Positions 10,081 to 19,458 of a stretch of 64,000 nucleotides of DNA are shown here, one piece after another. A model generated the notes under the pieces. It was not told where the DNA came from. It did not search any database and saw nothing but the letters and a program-made list of their open reading frames with translations. The first letter of the stretch is position 1, and the number at the start of each line of letters is the position of its first letter. Both the position numbers and the translations under genes were made by a program. The DNA is from Cyanobacteriota bacterium (lineage in GTDB: Bacteria > Cyanobacteriota > Vampirovibrionia > Vampirovibrionales > Vampirovibrionaceae), in the NCBI GenBank assembly GCA_019751815.1, contig JAIEMW010000005.1, forward strand, positions 2,603-66,602, read 5' to 3'.

Positions 10081-10923
10081 TTATTTCTTCTGAAATAGGG
10101 TTGCGTTTTTCTTGCTCATAGGCGTAAAGCCGGCGCGTTCAATCAGTTCTGCGGTCGATACACGCTCTCTTGTGGCGTACTCGCCGGAACGCTCATGCTC
10201 TAAATGCCCAATGCCAATGATACTGCCCGGAGCCATCTGCTGTTTTAGCTGTTGTAAGAGGGTCGTTCGGTCCTTATCAGGCAAATAGTGCCAGGCATTG
10301 CGAAACAGAAAAACGCAGGGCTTCGACGAGTCAATCGGATTATTGGAAAGCACTTGGCGGACATCTCCCACGGAGAAGGTCACCATTTGTGAGACCAGGT
10401 TGGCGAACCAGGGCTGAAGTTGCAGGGTTTCACTGGTTACATTGTTAATTCTGGGGCGCAAGGCAGGGCGGTAATCTCTTCGTGTCAAGGGTTCTAAGAA
10501 GGACATGAGGGTGTTGTCGCCGGTTGAACTGCCAGCTAGGGCCGCATCCGCATTGCGGCGCTCAGTGTGATTCACTGTGACCACCCCGGATTTGGCTTGT
10601 TCAATGGCCTGTTTGCCAATATCGACGGCAGTGATTTTATACTTGGAGGCAGCCTCTCTCCCAAATTGGCTGACCAGTATCATGGCCAGTGATAAGGGTT
10701 CTTCTCCGGTTGAGCAGGCCATTGAGTATATCGGCGTTCCTGGTGGGAGTTGTTTGAGTTGTTCTAAAAGCTGGTGGAAAAAGCTGCTCGGGCTGAAAAA
10801 TTCCGTATCGTGCCATAACTGATCTTGAGCGGGGTTCTTTAGGCGAAGACCATGGGCAGAGGTGTTGGCAAAATGTGCCGAAAAATGAGGGGGTTGGGCG
10901 ATGGCTAAAGGAGAAATGCGCAT
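10081..10923 (-). CDS. CheR-like SAM-dependent methyltransferase
   Basis: YSMACSTGEEPLSLAMIL matches the CheR signature (xSxGCSTGEEPYSxAM). FLFRNAWHYL resembles the CheR RNVLIY segment. I moved the start to ATG 10923 (MRISPL). Confidence 0.65.
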   Translation of the reverse strand: MRISPLAIAQPPHFSAHFANTSAHGLRLKNPAQDQLWHDTEFFSPSSFFHQLLEQLKQLPPGTPIYSMACSTGEEPLSLAMILVSQFGREAASKYKITAVDIGKQAIEQAKSGVVTVNHTERRNADAALAGSSTGDNTLMSFLEPLTRRDYRPALRPRINNVTSETLQLQPWFANLVSQMVTFSVGDVRQVLSNNPIDSSKPCVFLFRNAWHYLPDKDRTTLLQQLKQQMAPGSIIGIGHLEHERSGEYATRERVSTAELIERAGFTPMSKKNATLFQKK

Positions 10924-11159
10924 GAAAAAGGTCTCATATTTTTGCTGACACTGGTCACGAAGCACCAGTAAAACGAATAAAACCCGCCTGATCTCAAAAT
11001 TGTGTGGATAACTTTTGAGGGAACAATTTTTTGCGTTGCCCCGTGTTTTTTGAGAGAACCCCTTGTGATGGTAGGGTATTCTCTGTTAATCTGAGGCTCC
11101 AACCTTTACGTTGGCGGAAAGGTTCGGATTTCAGCTCCGTAACACTCAGGATCTTGTCT

Positions 11160-11399
11160 ATGTCCCCACTGGAATCTATTGCTGTCGGGAGTACTGTTGT
11201 GGTCGCCCAGATGGACGACCCACAGACGGCCTTGTCTGCCTTAAGGCTTGGCATTGCTCAAGGTGAAACACTCTATCTGGCGGCTAAAATTCCCGGAGGC
11301 CCGGTGGTGGTTCGACGCGGAAATATCGAAATCGCCCTTGGTCGCGAGTTATGCAGACATATTCTGGTCGAGACGAAACCAGGTGAGATGAAGTCATGA
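11160..11399 (+). CDS. feoA: Ferrous iron transport protein A
   Basis: About 79 aa from ATG 11160 (MSPLESIAVGSTVVV...LRLGIAQGETLYL...GPVVVRRGNIEIALGRELCRHILVE) is FeoA-like. Its stop overlaps the feoB start (ATGA at 11396..11399). Confidence 0.8.
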   Translation: MSPLESIAVGSTVVVAQMDDPQTALSALRLGIAQGETLYLAAKIPGGPVVVRRGNIEIALGRELCRHILVETKPGEMKS

Positions 11400-13249
11400 C
11401 TGAACAGACGGTTATTGCCGGCCTTCACACGGCAGCGGCGCCAGAAAAACAGTTGCCAGAAAAACAGTTAGTGGTTCTCGCGGGCAACCCCAATGTGGGG
11501 AAATCCGTGTTTTTTAATGGGTTTACGGGCCAATACGTGAATGTCTCGAACTTTCCGGGCACCACGGTGGATATCCCCAAGGGAAAACTCCCGAACGGCC
11601 GCCCTATCCACGATACTCCGGGTGTGTACGGGCTTTCGGGTATGAGTGAAGAGGAGCAAGTAGCTGAAAATACCATTTTATCGGCTGATGTGATTGTCAA
11701 TGTGGTCAGTGCGATTAGTTTGGAGCGAGATCTTTTTCTGACACAGCAACTGCTGGACTTCGGTAAGCCGTTACTCGTTGCCTTAAACCAAATGGATGAA
11801 GCCGCGTTGCTTCAAATCACCATTGATATTCCCTTGCTCTCCAAGCGCTTAGGCGTGCCGGTGATTCCCTGTATTGCCACAGAAGGGAATGGGTTGGATC
11901 ACGTCTTGTTAGCCCTGACGGAGAGTCATTCTGAAAATGCGCCTCGGCTGGGGAATAGACTGCCCGATGCGCCAGAACCCAACGCGCTGCTAGAACTGGA
12001 GAAAAATCCTGGAGAGCGGATGCACATTTACGGGCTTCGCCGGCATTATATCAATGCGCTGGTCTCTCAGGTGGTTAAACAAGCTCAACCAGAAGGAAAA
12101 CCCATACAGCGGTTATCTCAGGCTATTGGCATGTTGTTTCTCAATCCTTTTATTGGGCTATTGAGTGGATTAATTGTGCTTTTAGCCCTGTATCAAGTTG
12201 TTGGTATATGGGTGGCCGGGGATTTGGTCAATTTTACGGAGAAGACGGTGATGCTCAAGTGGGTTGTGCCGTTTTTAAAGCAGGCAGTGTCCTTACTGGC
12301 AAGCCCTAAGACTCCTCTCTTTGAGGTGCTGGCCGGTGAATTTGGCGTGCTGACAATGAGTGTGCAGTACATTTTTGGTGTGCTGTTCCCACTGGTGCTG
12401 GGTTTTTATATTTATATCTCGTTATTGGAAGACTGTGGTTATCTTCCTCGTATTGCAGTGTTGTCTGATGGTCTTTTGTCTAAGATTGGCCTGAACGGAC
12501 GGGCGGTGATTCCCCTCATCTTGGGGCTTGGTTGTGTCACCATGGCCACTGTCTCTACCCGGGTACTCACTTCGCAGCGAGAGCGAACCATTGCTTCAAC
12601 CATTTTGGCTATTACCATTCCTTGTTCTGCTCAATTGGGAGTGATTATTGGACTAATGGCTGTCACAGGGGGGCTTAAGGCTTGGGCCGTCTACTGTGCG
12701 ATTCTATTTACTGTATTGTTGGTACTGGGTACCCTTCTCAACAAGATGCTTCCGGGCTCTTCCACCAGTCTCATTCTTGATCTGCCGCCGATGCGCCTGC
12801 CTATGCTAAAGAACGTGGCGAAAAAAACCTGGGTTCGTACGGTTGTTTTCCTCAAAGAGGCTTCCCCGCTGTTTATTTTAGGCTCGCTGTTGGTCTCCAT
12901 TTTGCAGGTGAGCGGGCTACTGCTCACCATCCAGCACGCACTCGCCCCAGTGACAGAATCGCTGCTGCATTTGCCTGGAGCCACAGCCAAGGCCTTTATT
13001 ATGGGGATGGTGAGGCGAGATTTTGGCGCTGCTGGACTCTACTTCTTGGCCAAGGAGATGACGGCTATTCAGATGATGACTGCCCTGATTGTGATCACGC
13101 TCTTTGTTCCCTGTATTGCTTCAGCCACAGTGATTTGGAAGGAGCGAGGCATTAGAGAATCAAGCATCGTGCTCGTGGGCTCTTGGCTTTTGGCTTTTGG
13201 GGTGGGGGCTGTTCTATGCCGCTTTTTGGAATGGACGCATATTCTTTAA
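11396..13249 (+). CDS. feoB: Ferrous iron transporter FeoB (G-domain plus permease)
   Basis: G1 motif GNPNVGKS, then NFPGTTVD, followed by a polytopic membrane domain. Confidence 0.95.
   Translation: MTEQTVIAGLHTAAAPEKQLPEKQLVVLAGNPNVGKSVFFNGFTGQYVNVSNFPGTTVDIPKGKLPNGRPIHDTPGVYGLSGMSEEEQVAENTILSADVIVNVVSAISLERDLFLTQQLLDFGKPLLVALNQMDEAALLQITIDIPLLSKRLGVPVIPCIATEGNGLDHVLLALTESHSENAPRLGNRLPDAPEPNALLELEKNPGERMHIYGLRRHYINALVSQVVKQAQPEGKPIQRLSQAIGMLFLNPFIGLLSGLIVLLALYQVVGIWVAGDLVNFTEKTVMLKWVVPFLKQAVSLLASPKTPLFEVLAGEFGVLTMSVQYIFGVLFPLVLGFYIYISLLEDCGYLPRIAVLSDGLLSKIGLNGRAVIPLILGLGCVTMATVSTRVLTSQRERTIASTILAITIPCSAQLGVIIGLMAVTGGLKAWAVYCAILFTVLLVLGTLLNKMLPGSSTSLILDLPPMRLPMLKNVAKKTWVRTVVFLKEASPLFILGSLLVSILQVSGLLLTIQHALAPVTESLLHLPGATAKAFIMGMVRRDFGAAGLYFLAKEMTAIQMMTALIVITLFVPCIASATVIWKERGIRESSIVLVGSWLLAFGVGAVLCRFLEWTHIL
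11441..11470 (+). repeat. 15-bp in-frame tandem duplication inside feoB (PEKQL x2)
   Basis: ccagaaaaacagttg followed by ccagaaaaacagtta, read directly from the sequence. Confidence 0.9.
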
Positions 13250-13307
13250 GGGCGTAAAATAGCGGTTTAATAAAATCGCTGTTAAATCAAGTGTTTACAG
13301 GGAGCTG

Positions 13308-14114
13308 GTGTTGGGGACCTCTGCCAAAGGAATCATCTATCTGCTATGGCTCGTTCTAGGGGGCGCTATACTGGTGCTCACCCTACTCTCTCAATCTGTT
13401 TGGGCAGATGGTGATGACGCGGTTGAGAATGACGCGCAACTCTGGCTCCCAGTCACACTGAATGTACCTGTGAGTTCCAAACTGACAGCTAGCTTAGAAG
13501 CGCAACCCCGAGTTGGAAACAATATTACAGCCCGCAGTCAATGGGTGTTAACCCCGGGGCTCCGGTATAAAATACGGCCCAATGTGTCCTTAGGAACGGG
13601 TTACATGTGGCTGGTCAGTTGGAACTTGGCAAATTCACGTCTGACACCGCCAGAAAGAAACTCGACATGGGAACACCGTATTTGGCAGGAAGTGCTGTTA
13701 CAGCACGACTTGGGTGAGCATCAGCAATGGACACTGATCAACCGTTCGCGGCTAGAAGAACGCTTTATCGAGCATGTCCACGATCCCGCCTACCGCTGGC
13801 GTCAACTGTTACGCGTAAACCGTTCATTGGGTAAAAACAAGCAGTGGTATGTGTTTGTGGGGGATGAGGCCTTTATCAATCTCAATTCAGTTCGACATGG
13901 GCCGCAAGCAAGCTACGGGCAAAACCGCTTTCTCACCGGGGTAGGGCACTATCTCAACAACAGTAAAAGCGTTCGCGCCGAAGTGGGGTATCTCCAGCAG
14001 TGGTTGATCAGTCCGGGAAATAAACCAGATCGGCTCAATCATGCGGTTTTGGTCACACTCACGATTAATCCACAACAAAAACAACCACAGATTCACGATC
14101 AAAATACCCCCTAG
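13308..14114 (+). CDS. Putative secreted/outer-membrane beta-rich protein (DUF2490-like from memory)
   Basis: N-terminal signal-like helix (IIYLLWLVLGGAILVLTLLSQSVWA). The rest is Trp/Tyr/Asn/Arg-rich and beta-strand-like. No catalytic motif. Confidence 0.45.
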   Translation: MLGTSAKGIIYLLWLVLGGAILVLTLLSQSVWADGDDAVENDAQLWLPVTLNVPVSSKLTASLEAQPRVGNNITARSQWVLTPGLRYKIRPNVSLGTGYMWLVSWNLANSRLTPPERNSTWEHRIWQEVLLQHDLGEHQQWTLINRSRLEERFIEHVHDPAYRWRQLLRVNRSLGKNKQWYVFVGDEAFINLNSVRHGPQASYGQNRFLTGVGHYLNNSKSVRAEVGYLQQWLISPGNKPDRLNHAVLVTLTINPQQKQPQIHDQNTP

Positions 14115-14321
14115 GTCAGTATTTGCAGTCTTTTTGCATGAATCCCTCATGTGGATGAGGTCAGCCGGGTGGGTTATCTCGTATAGTCATAAGTATCGAA
14201 CACGTTGAGCGAAACCAAGACTAACAGGGCAAGACTAGAGGGATTACTGAGGGCTGTCTTGTAATAATGGGCTTGGCCAGGTGTCGTTCTGAGGGAAAAT
14301 TAATAAAGGGATGATTGTTAT

Positions 14322-14873
14322 ATGTCCGTAGGATTGGTATTAAGCCGTGCCCCCCAAGAGTTGTCGGATTTATTAAAGAGTCCGGCCAGTAAAAAAATCT
14401 TGGACAAAGTGGGTGCTCAATTTGGTCTGCCTCAAGGCACAACCACTGCGGTGTCTGCAGTTCTTGATAAAGTGGCAGAAAAAGTAGGCAAAGAGAATAT
14501 TCAGGGCAACTCTGTTATTCCCTTTCGCCGCAGTCCGCAAGAACTATCCATTAAACAGGCCACAGAATACTTAAAACAGTTTGATAAAAATGGTGACGGA
14601 CAAGTGAGTGAGACTGAGCTGAAAGAGTCTGCAGCCGCATTGAAGCAGGAAATCACTCAGGCCTTTAAATCCGGTAAAGTGGATCCCAGTAAATTGCATC
14701 AACTGAGCCAGGCGTATGGTTTTGCCTCGCAGTTAAGCAAACAATACAGTCAAATTTCAAAACTGGACGGTGAAGCAACGGGAATTAGTCAAAAAGATCT
14801 CAGCATCCTTGCAGGGCTAGATGGTAATGGAGAGTCAATTAGCAGGGCCGATATCAAACAGCTATATGCGTAA
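14322..14873 (+). CDS. EF-hand calcium-binding protein, otherwise uncharacterised
   Basis: Canonical 12-residue EF loop DKNGDGQVSETE. A second degenerate loop is LDGNGESISRAD. A terminator hairpin lies downstream at 14969..15004. Confidence 0.6.
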   Translation: MSVGLVLSRAPQELSDLLKSPASKKILDKVGAQFGLPQGTTTAVSAVLDKVAEKVGKENIQGNSVIPFRRSPQELSIKQATEYLKQFDKNGDGQVSETELKESAAALKQEITQAFKSGKVDPSKLHQLSQAYGFASQLSKQYSQISKLDGEATGISQKDLSILAGLDGNGESISRADIKQLYA

Positions 14874-14968
14874 AAAGTGAGTTTTTTAAGTTTATTTTGA
14901 GGTGAAGCTGGGTGTAACGCTTCGTTTATCTTCGTTTTGTCTTCCAAACACCACCCGCTTATCAGATT

Positions 14969-15004
14969 CCTGGCCAGGTTACACTGGCCGGGATTTATTT
15001 TTTT
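14969..15004 (+). terminator. Rho-independent terminator of the EF-hand gene, overlapping the last codons of convergent thrC
   Basis: 9-bp stem CCTGGCCAG/CTGGCCGGG with one G-U pair and a 6-nt loop, followed by ATTTATTTTTTT. Confidence 0.5.
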
Positions 15005-16109
15005 CAATAATGTCCAACACACGGTCTATCCCGTCATCTGCGGCTAAAGTATGTCGTTTGGCCGCTCCGTGTGCAATGGCATTATCGGGATCTTTCAGTC
15101 CGTTCCCGGTTAATACACAGACGGCACTCTGGTTGTTGGCTATCTCTCCGCGTTGTGCGGCTTGAATGAGCCCGGCAAAACTGGCCGCACTGGCCGGTTC
15201 ACAGAATATGCCCTCTTTCCCGGCGAGGAGTTGATAGGCATGGATAATTTCTGCGTCAGTCACAGAGCCAATAAGTCCGCCCGATTCATCTCGAGCCGAA
15301 ACGGCACCCGACCAACTGGCTGGGTTTCCAATGCGAATCGCAGTCGCCAGTGTTTCAGGGTTATCGATGACTCTATTTTGAACAATGGCAGCAGAGCCTT
15401 CGGCCTCATACCCCATCATTTTGGGCTTTTGTGTGATTTTACCTGCGGCATAATACTCACAAAATCCAAGCCAATAGGCAGTGATATTGCCGGCATTGCC
15501 GACGGGAATAAATAAATAATCTGGGGCCTCTGCCTGTTTACCGTTACCCAGCGCGTCACACACTTCAAAGGCGGCACTTTTTTGGCCTTGGATTCGGTAA
15601 GGGTTAATGGAATTAACGACAGTCACTTTGCCGGTTTCGCCCAATTGCCGAACCAAGGTGAGGGCCTGGTCGAAATTGCCCTCAATCTCCATAATTTCTG
15701 CCCCGTAGAGAATGGCTTGAGAGAGTTTTCCCAATGCCACTTTTCCGCTGGGCAAAACAATATATGTTTTTAGCCCGGCCCGGGTCCCGTAAGCCGCCGC
15801 TGCCGCGCTGGTATTGCCGGTACTGGCACAAATAATGGAGACAGCACCATCGGCCTTGGCCTGAGAAACAGCATAAGTCATTCCCCGGTCTTTAAAGCTG
15901 CCCGTGGGATTTAGCCCTTCGTACTTAAGGAAGATCCGAAGTCCCCGGGTAGGCGTGTTTTTCTCTATCCATTCAGCCAGATGACACGCTGGAATAAGTG
16001 GTGTGTTTCCTTCATGCAAGCTAATTAACGGGTAGCCTTGTTTTTGGAGTTCTGGGGGGTAAAAATCTGCATAGTGAGATAAAATACCACCCGTGCTTTG
16101 AGTCGACAT
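14979..16109 (-). CDS. thrC: Threonine synthase
   Basis: PLP-lysine motif GSFKDRGMT and full-length similarity to the ThrC pattern. It lies immediately downstream of hom. Confidence 0.9.
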   Translation of the reverse strand: MSTQSTGGILSHYADFYPPELQKQGYPLISLHEGNTPLIPACHLAEWIEKNTPTRGLRIFLKYEGLNPTGSFKDRGMTYAVSQAKADGAVSIICASTGNTSAAAAAYGTRAGLKTYIVLPSGKVALGKLSQAILYGAEIMEIEGNFDQALTLVRQLGETGKVTVVNSINPYRIQGQKSAAFEVCDALGNGKQAEAPDYLFIPVGNAGNITAYWLGFCEYYAAGKITQKPKMMGYEAEGSAAIVQNRVIDNPETLATAIRIGNPASWSGAVSARDESGGLIGSVTDAEIIHAYQLLAGKEGIFCEPASAASFAGLIQAAQRGEIANNQSAVCVLTGNGLKDPDNAIAHGAAKRHTLAADDGIDRVLDIIEKNKSRPV

Positions 16110-16120
16110 GCCGTACTTCC

Positions 16121-17542
16121 CTAAAAAACCCGTAATACAGCACCAATGGACTGGGTGGTGCTTTGCCCGATAATCGTATCCAGTGCTTGACGCATTTGCT
16201 GTTCTGTCACATCGTGCGTGATCAGAACAATCGAAGCAGTCCCGTCCGCCTCTATTTTTTTCTGTAAGACGGTTTCCAAGCTCACTTCGGCCATACCGCA
16301 GGCATGACCCAAATTCCCAATCACGCCGGGTTCGTCCAGGGTGTTGAGACGGATATAGTAGCGGTTGATCGTTTCAGTGATGGCCAACATCTTGGCGGCC
16401 TCGCTGTTTTGAAAGCGCATGGCTTTTAACAGCGGCCGAGTTTCAGAGCTGGCTTCAGTATTTTCGTGCATTGAATTGGCTATGAGTAGCACATCCCCGC
16501 AAACCGCACTGGCTGTGGGAAGCTCTCCAGCGCCGCGTCCAGAGAACATCACATCACCTACCGCGTCTCCCTGAACCCATACGGCGTTATACTCTTGTTG
16601 GATGCTGGCCAGTGGATGATCAACCGGAACAAGCACCGGGTGTACACGAACATCCAGGCTTTCATCAGCGGCTTGCCAGCGGCAGCGACCCAGAAGTTTG
16701 ATCACAAAGCCCAATTCTTTTGCATTCTGGATGTCCAACGCAGAAATTTGCGTGATCCCCTTACAATAAATGGCATCCAGCGGTACCTGCTTTTTAAAGG
16801 CAATCGCTGCCAAAATGGCGATTTTATAGGCAGTATCGTAGCCTTCAACATCATTGGTGGGATCGGCTTCGGCAAACCCTTTGGCTTGTGCAGCCTGGAG
16901 CGCTTGCTGATAATCCCAGCCAGAATCACTCATTTGGGTCAGGATGTAATTGGTGGTTCCGTTAAGAATACCGGCAATTTCTACCACCTGGTTGGCGGCT
17001 AAAGATAGCTGCAGCGGGAGTATGATCGGAATGCCACCGGCAACAGCACCCTCAAACAGGAGGCATGCACCACGCTCTTCGGCCAGGCGAAATAGAGCAG
17101 GGCCATGTTTGGCAATCAACTCCTTGTTGGCGGTAACCACGTGTTTTCCGTTGTTCAGTGCGGTTTCCACCAGGGTTTTGGCAACATCCACGCCGCCAAT
17201 CACCTCAATAATAAGGTCAAGACCCGGATCGCTCGCCATTTTTAGGGTCTCAGTGGTGACCATAGGAAAGTCATCTGGGGATTGAATGCTGCTTGTGGGT
17301 GGCGCGGCGTAAAGTCCGTGGATATTGTGCAACGTGGCTTCGGCTTTTTGCTTGTTTCTTGCCGCCACTGTTTTGATTTTGAGAAAGCCACTGTTTGCTA
17401 AAGGGTGTTTTATAAGGGTTCTATAGACCCCTCGACCTACAGTGCCAAGTCCAGCCAAACCAATCCGCAGTCCGTAAGGACGGGGTTCTTTAAGCGTAAA
17501 GGAGACGGCAGGACTGGGATTAGGCATGATGGAAGGGCTCAT
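16121..17542 (-). CDS. hom: Homoserine dehydrogenase with C-terminal ACT domain
   Basis: NAD-binding GLAGLGTVGRGV, a homoserine dehydrogenase core (NGTTNYILTQM, GRGAGELPTASAV) and an ACT-like tail. Confidence 0.9.
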   Translation of the reverse strand: MSPSIMPNPSPAVSFTLKEPRPYGLRIGLAGLGTVGRGVYRTLIKHPLANSGFLKIKTVAARNKQKAEATLHNIHGLYAAPPTSSIQSPDDFPMVTTETLKMASDPGLDLIIEVIGGVDVAKTLVETALNNGKHVVTANKELIAKHGPALFRLAEERGACLLFEGAVAGGIPIILPLQLSLAANQVVEIAGILNGTTNYILTQMSDSGWDYQQALQAAQAKGFAEADPTNDVEGYDTAYKIAILAAIAFKKQVPLDAIYCKGITQISALDIQNAKELGFVIKLLGRCRWQAADESLDVRVHPVLVPVDHPLASIQQEYNAVWVQGDAVGDVMFSGRGAGELPTASAVCGDVLLIANSMHENTEASSETRPLLKAMRFQNSEAAKMLAITETINRYYIRLNTLDEPGVIGNLGHACGMAEVSLETVLQKKIEADGTASIVLITHDVTEQQMRQALDTIIGQSTTQSIGAVLRVF

Positions 17543-17642
17543 TCAATCGGGCGCAAAATATTCTGTGATCCAAAATAAAGGGGGTCGCCAACATCATAGC
17601 CACAAGCACTGTGGGGTGTAAAGTGCAGGATGAAATTCTAGG

Positions 17643-18524
17643 TCAGAATCCTGTCGAAGGTTTCCACGCTTGATAAGGTATTTGACACACTGCCCATTCT
17701 ACAATCTGGCTGGCTGGGTAGGCTTTTTTGAGTGCCTCCGTGGCCGCCTGGAGTGTCGCACCGGTAGTTCGAATATCATCCAAAACGATTATGGTCTTGG
17801 GCTCGGGATTTAAATTCATTTTCTGGGCCTGTAGGCTGCCTGCGACGTTTAAGATTCTTTCCTGGCGCTTAAAAATTGAGTGTTGGGCTTTTGTGGGGCG
17901 GCGCCAGTTGAGCAACCCTGCTGCAATAGGAATCTCTGTTTTGGCTGAGAGTAATTTCGCCAGTTCGTTCAGCCCCAATAAAGAATCAGAGTGATCAGAG
18001 TTGGCGGAATGCATTTCCGTTAAATTGTTACTAGGCAAGCGTTTGGGGATGACAGTTAAGATCGCCCCTTCTTTAGAAAGGCGGGATAACGAGGGGAGCG
18101 ACGTCATGTGTTGCTCCGTTTGTTGCCATCCTGTAATGGCAACACCAGCGAGGGTGTTCAACAATTGCTTGCTGCGATTGGGGCTAAATTTATGGCGGTA
18201 GATGAGCTTCTTGAGACTGGGATTCCACAGACCGCCAATCACCACAGGATGATCAGGGTTCAATAATTCTGTTTGCAATAATTCTCTTTGCTTGCCTATA
18301 CAGCCCAGTCTTTCTAAGCACGAGTAGCAGAGCCTGACTGTTTCTGGGCCTTCTAAATATGGAGGGGGAAGCTTTTGGGTCTGTCCGCATTGAGCGCAAT
18401 GGGGAACTGAAAAATTCTCTAGCCATAGTTGTAGCCACACCTTGAATGAGTCTCGGGGGCGAACAAGGGTAGCCTTTGCGGTGGTACTGGTTGGATCGGT
18501 GTTGTTGAGATTATTTGAGTCCAC
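17643..18524 (-). CDS. ComF-family phosphoribosyltransferase-like protein
   Basis: N-terminal zinc-finger Cys pairs (CAQCGQ...CYSC) and the PRTase motif IIVLDDIRTTGATL. GTG start at 18524. Confidence 0.75.
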   Translation of the reverse strand: MDSNNLNNTDPTSTTAKATLVRPRDSFKVWLQLWLENFSVPHCAQCGQTQKLPPPYLEGPETVRLCYSCLERLGCIGKQRELLQTELLNPDHPVVIGGLWNPSLKKLIYRHKFSPNRSKQLLNTLAGVAITGWQQTEQHMTSLPSLSRLSKEGAILTVIPKRLPSNNLTEMHSANSDHSDSLLGLNELAKLLSAKTEIPIAAGLLNWRRPTKAQHSIFKRQERILNVAGSLQAQKMNLNPEPKTIIVLDDIRTTGATLQAATEALKKAYPASQIVEWAVCQIPYQAWKPSTGF

Positions 18525-18699
18525 GCTGTGATCCCTAAGGGGGTGTTTACATGAAAATTGCTTTTTAAAAAAAGCGCTTTATGATTTCAACACAAAACCA
18601 CAGCATTAGATGACTGGTTTGAAATGATAGTCCGGTCGCACCAAGGGTTGAGAGTCTAGCCACACCATTTATTTTCGGGATTTAAGAGGGAAATTAGCC

Positions 18700-18885
18700 A
18701 TGCTTTACGAACAGCAACAATCTGGGTTTCAGACATTTTCACGGGTGATCCCCAAACAAAAACAGGGGCAAAATGCTTCTGGATTTAATACAGGATTTTA
18801 TTCTGCATTCAAACCATTGAGAGGGTTTGCGCCACTCCAATTCTTTCGTGTGTTTGGCCTTAATCAACAAGGACAAATCCAGTGA
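18700..18885 (+). CDS. Small Gln/Phe-rich hypothetical protein (61 aa)
   Basis: ATG preceded by GAGGGA about 9 nt upstream. Its stop overlaps the GTG start of the next ORF (GTGA). Confidence 0.3.
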   Translation: MLYEQQQSGFQTFSRVIPKQKQGQNASGFNTGFYSAFKPLRGFAPLQFFRVFGLNQQGQIQ

Positions 18886-19379
18886 AAGCGCCTATTTTTA
18901 GTGTATTGCTGCAAGAACTTCAGCATCTCTGGACGGTCTTTCTCAGCTGTCAGCAAGTGTGCCATCACAGAGGGCTATCCTATGAAGAAGGAAAGTCTTA
19001 CTGCCCCCAATGTGGGTGCGGGGTTATTTTTCGCTGGGTGGTCCTTCGCTGCCAGGGCTGTCATATCCGCAGATCCAGCCAATATTGTTTAAACAGCCTG
19101 GTGCCCTCTCAGCCATGTTGCCACCAGTGCGGTGAGCGGGCCTTTCGACACGAATATATCGAACAACCGGATTTTTACTTGCTAGATAAAGCCATGTTGA
19201 TTGTCCAAAACGAAGTGGAGTATTGGCAAAGCAACCCGGCTGTTCTCAAAGAAACCCCAAAACCCAGAGTCTGGTTTGAAAAAACGCAATCTGAAAAAAT
19301 CAATTTTTCTACCACTCAAACCTATGGCAATAATCGTAAACCGTATTATCCCCAATTGATGGCAGCTGTGGCTGTCTAA
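18882..19379 (+). CDS. Cys-rich hypothetical protein (predicted zinc ribbons)
   Basis: CPQCGC...CQGC...CCHQCG Cys clusters. Followed by a rho-independent terminator at 19412..19446. Confidence 0.5.
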   Translation: MKAPIFSVLLQELQHLWTVFLSCQQVCHHRGLSYEEGKSYCPQCGCGVIFRWVVLRCQGCHIRRSSQYCLNSLVPSQPCCHQCGERAFRHEYIEQPDFYLLDKAMLIVQNEVEYWQSNPAVLKETPKPRVWFEKTQSEKINFSTTQTYGNNRKPYYPQLMAAVAV

Positions 19380-19411
19380 AGTAAATTTCTCCTCCTCCCT
19401 GTTACACCAAC

Positions 19412-19446
19412 GCTCTTTCTGTTCTCAAGAAAGGGCTTTTTCTTTG
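19412..19446 (+). terminator. Rho-independent terminator
   Basis: 9-bp stem GCTCTTTCT/AGAAAGGGC with a 7-nt loop, followed by TTTTTCTTT. Confidence 0.5.
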
Positions 19447-19458
19447 ACTGAGGGAGGC

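Noticed and set aside
10993-11019. Fur box upstream of feoAB
   Set aside because: TGGATAACTTTTGAG shares only scattered positions with GATAATGATAATCATTATC. I report the inverted repeat as an observation but do not call it a Fur site.
11101-11130. GGTTCGGATT resembling a tRNA T-arm
   Set aside because: There is no acceptor stem, anticodon arm or CCA context around it. It is simply part of a 7-bp leader hairpin. I saw no tRNA-like cloverleaf elsewhere in the window.
11031-11159. N-terminal 43-aa extension of the feoA ORF in the track
   Set aside because: FeoA proteins are about 75-85 aa. The FeoA-like sequence begins at the internal ATG 11160, and the upstream part looks like translated leader.
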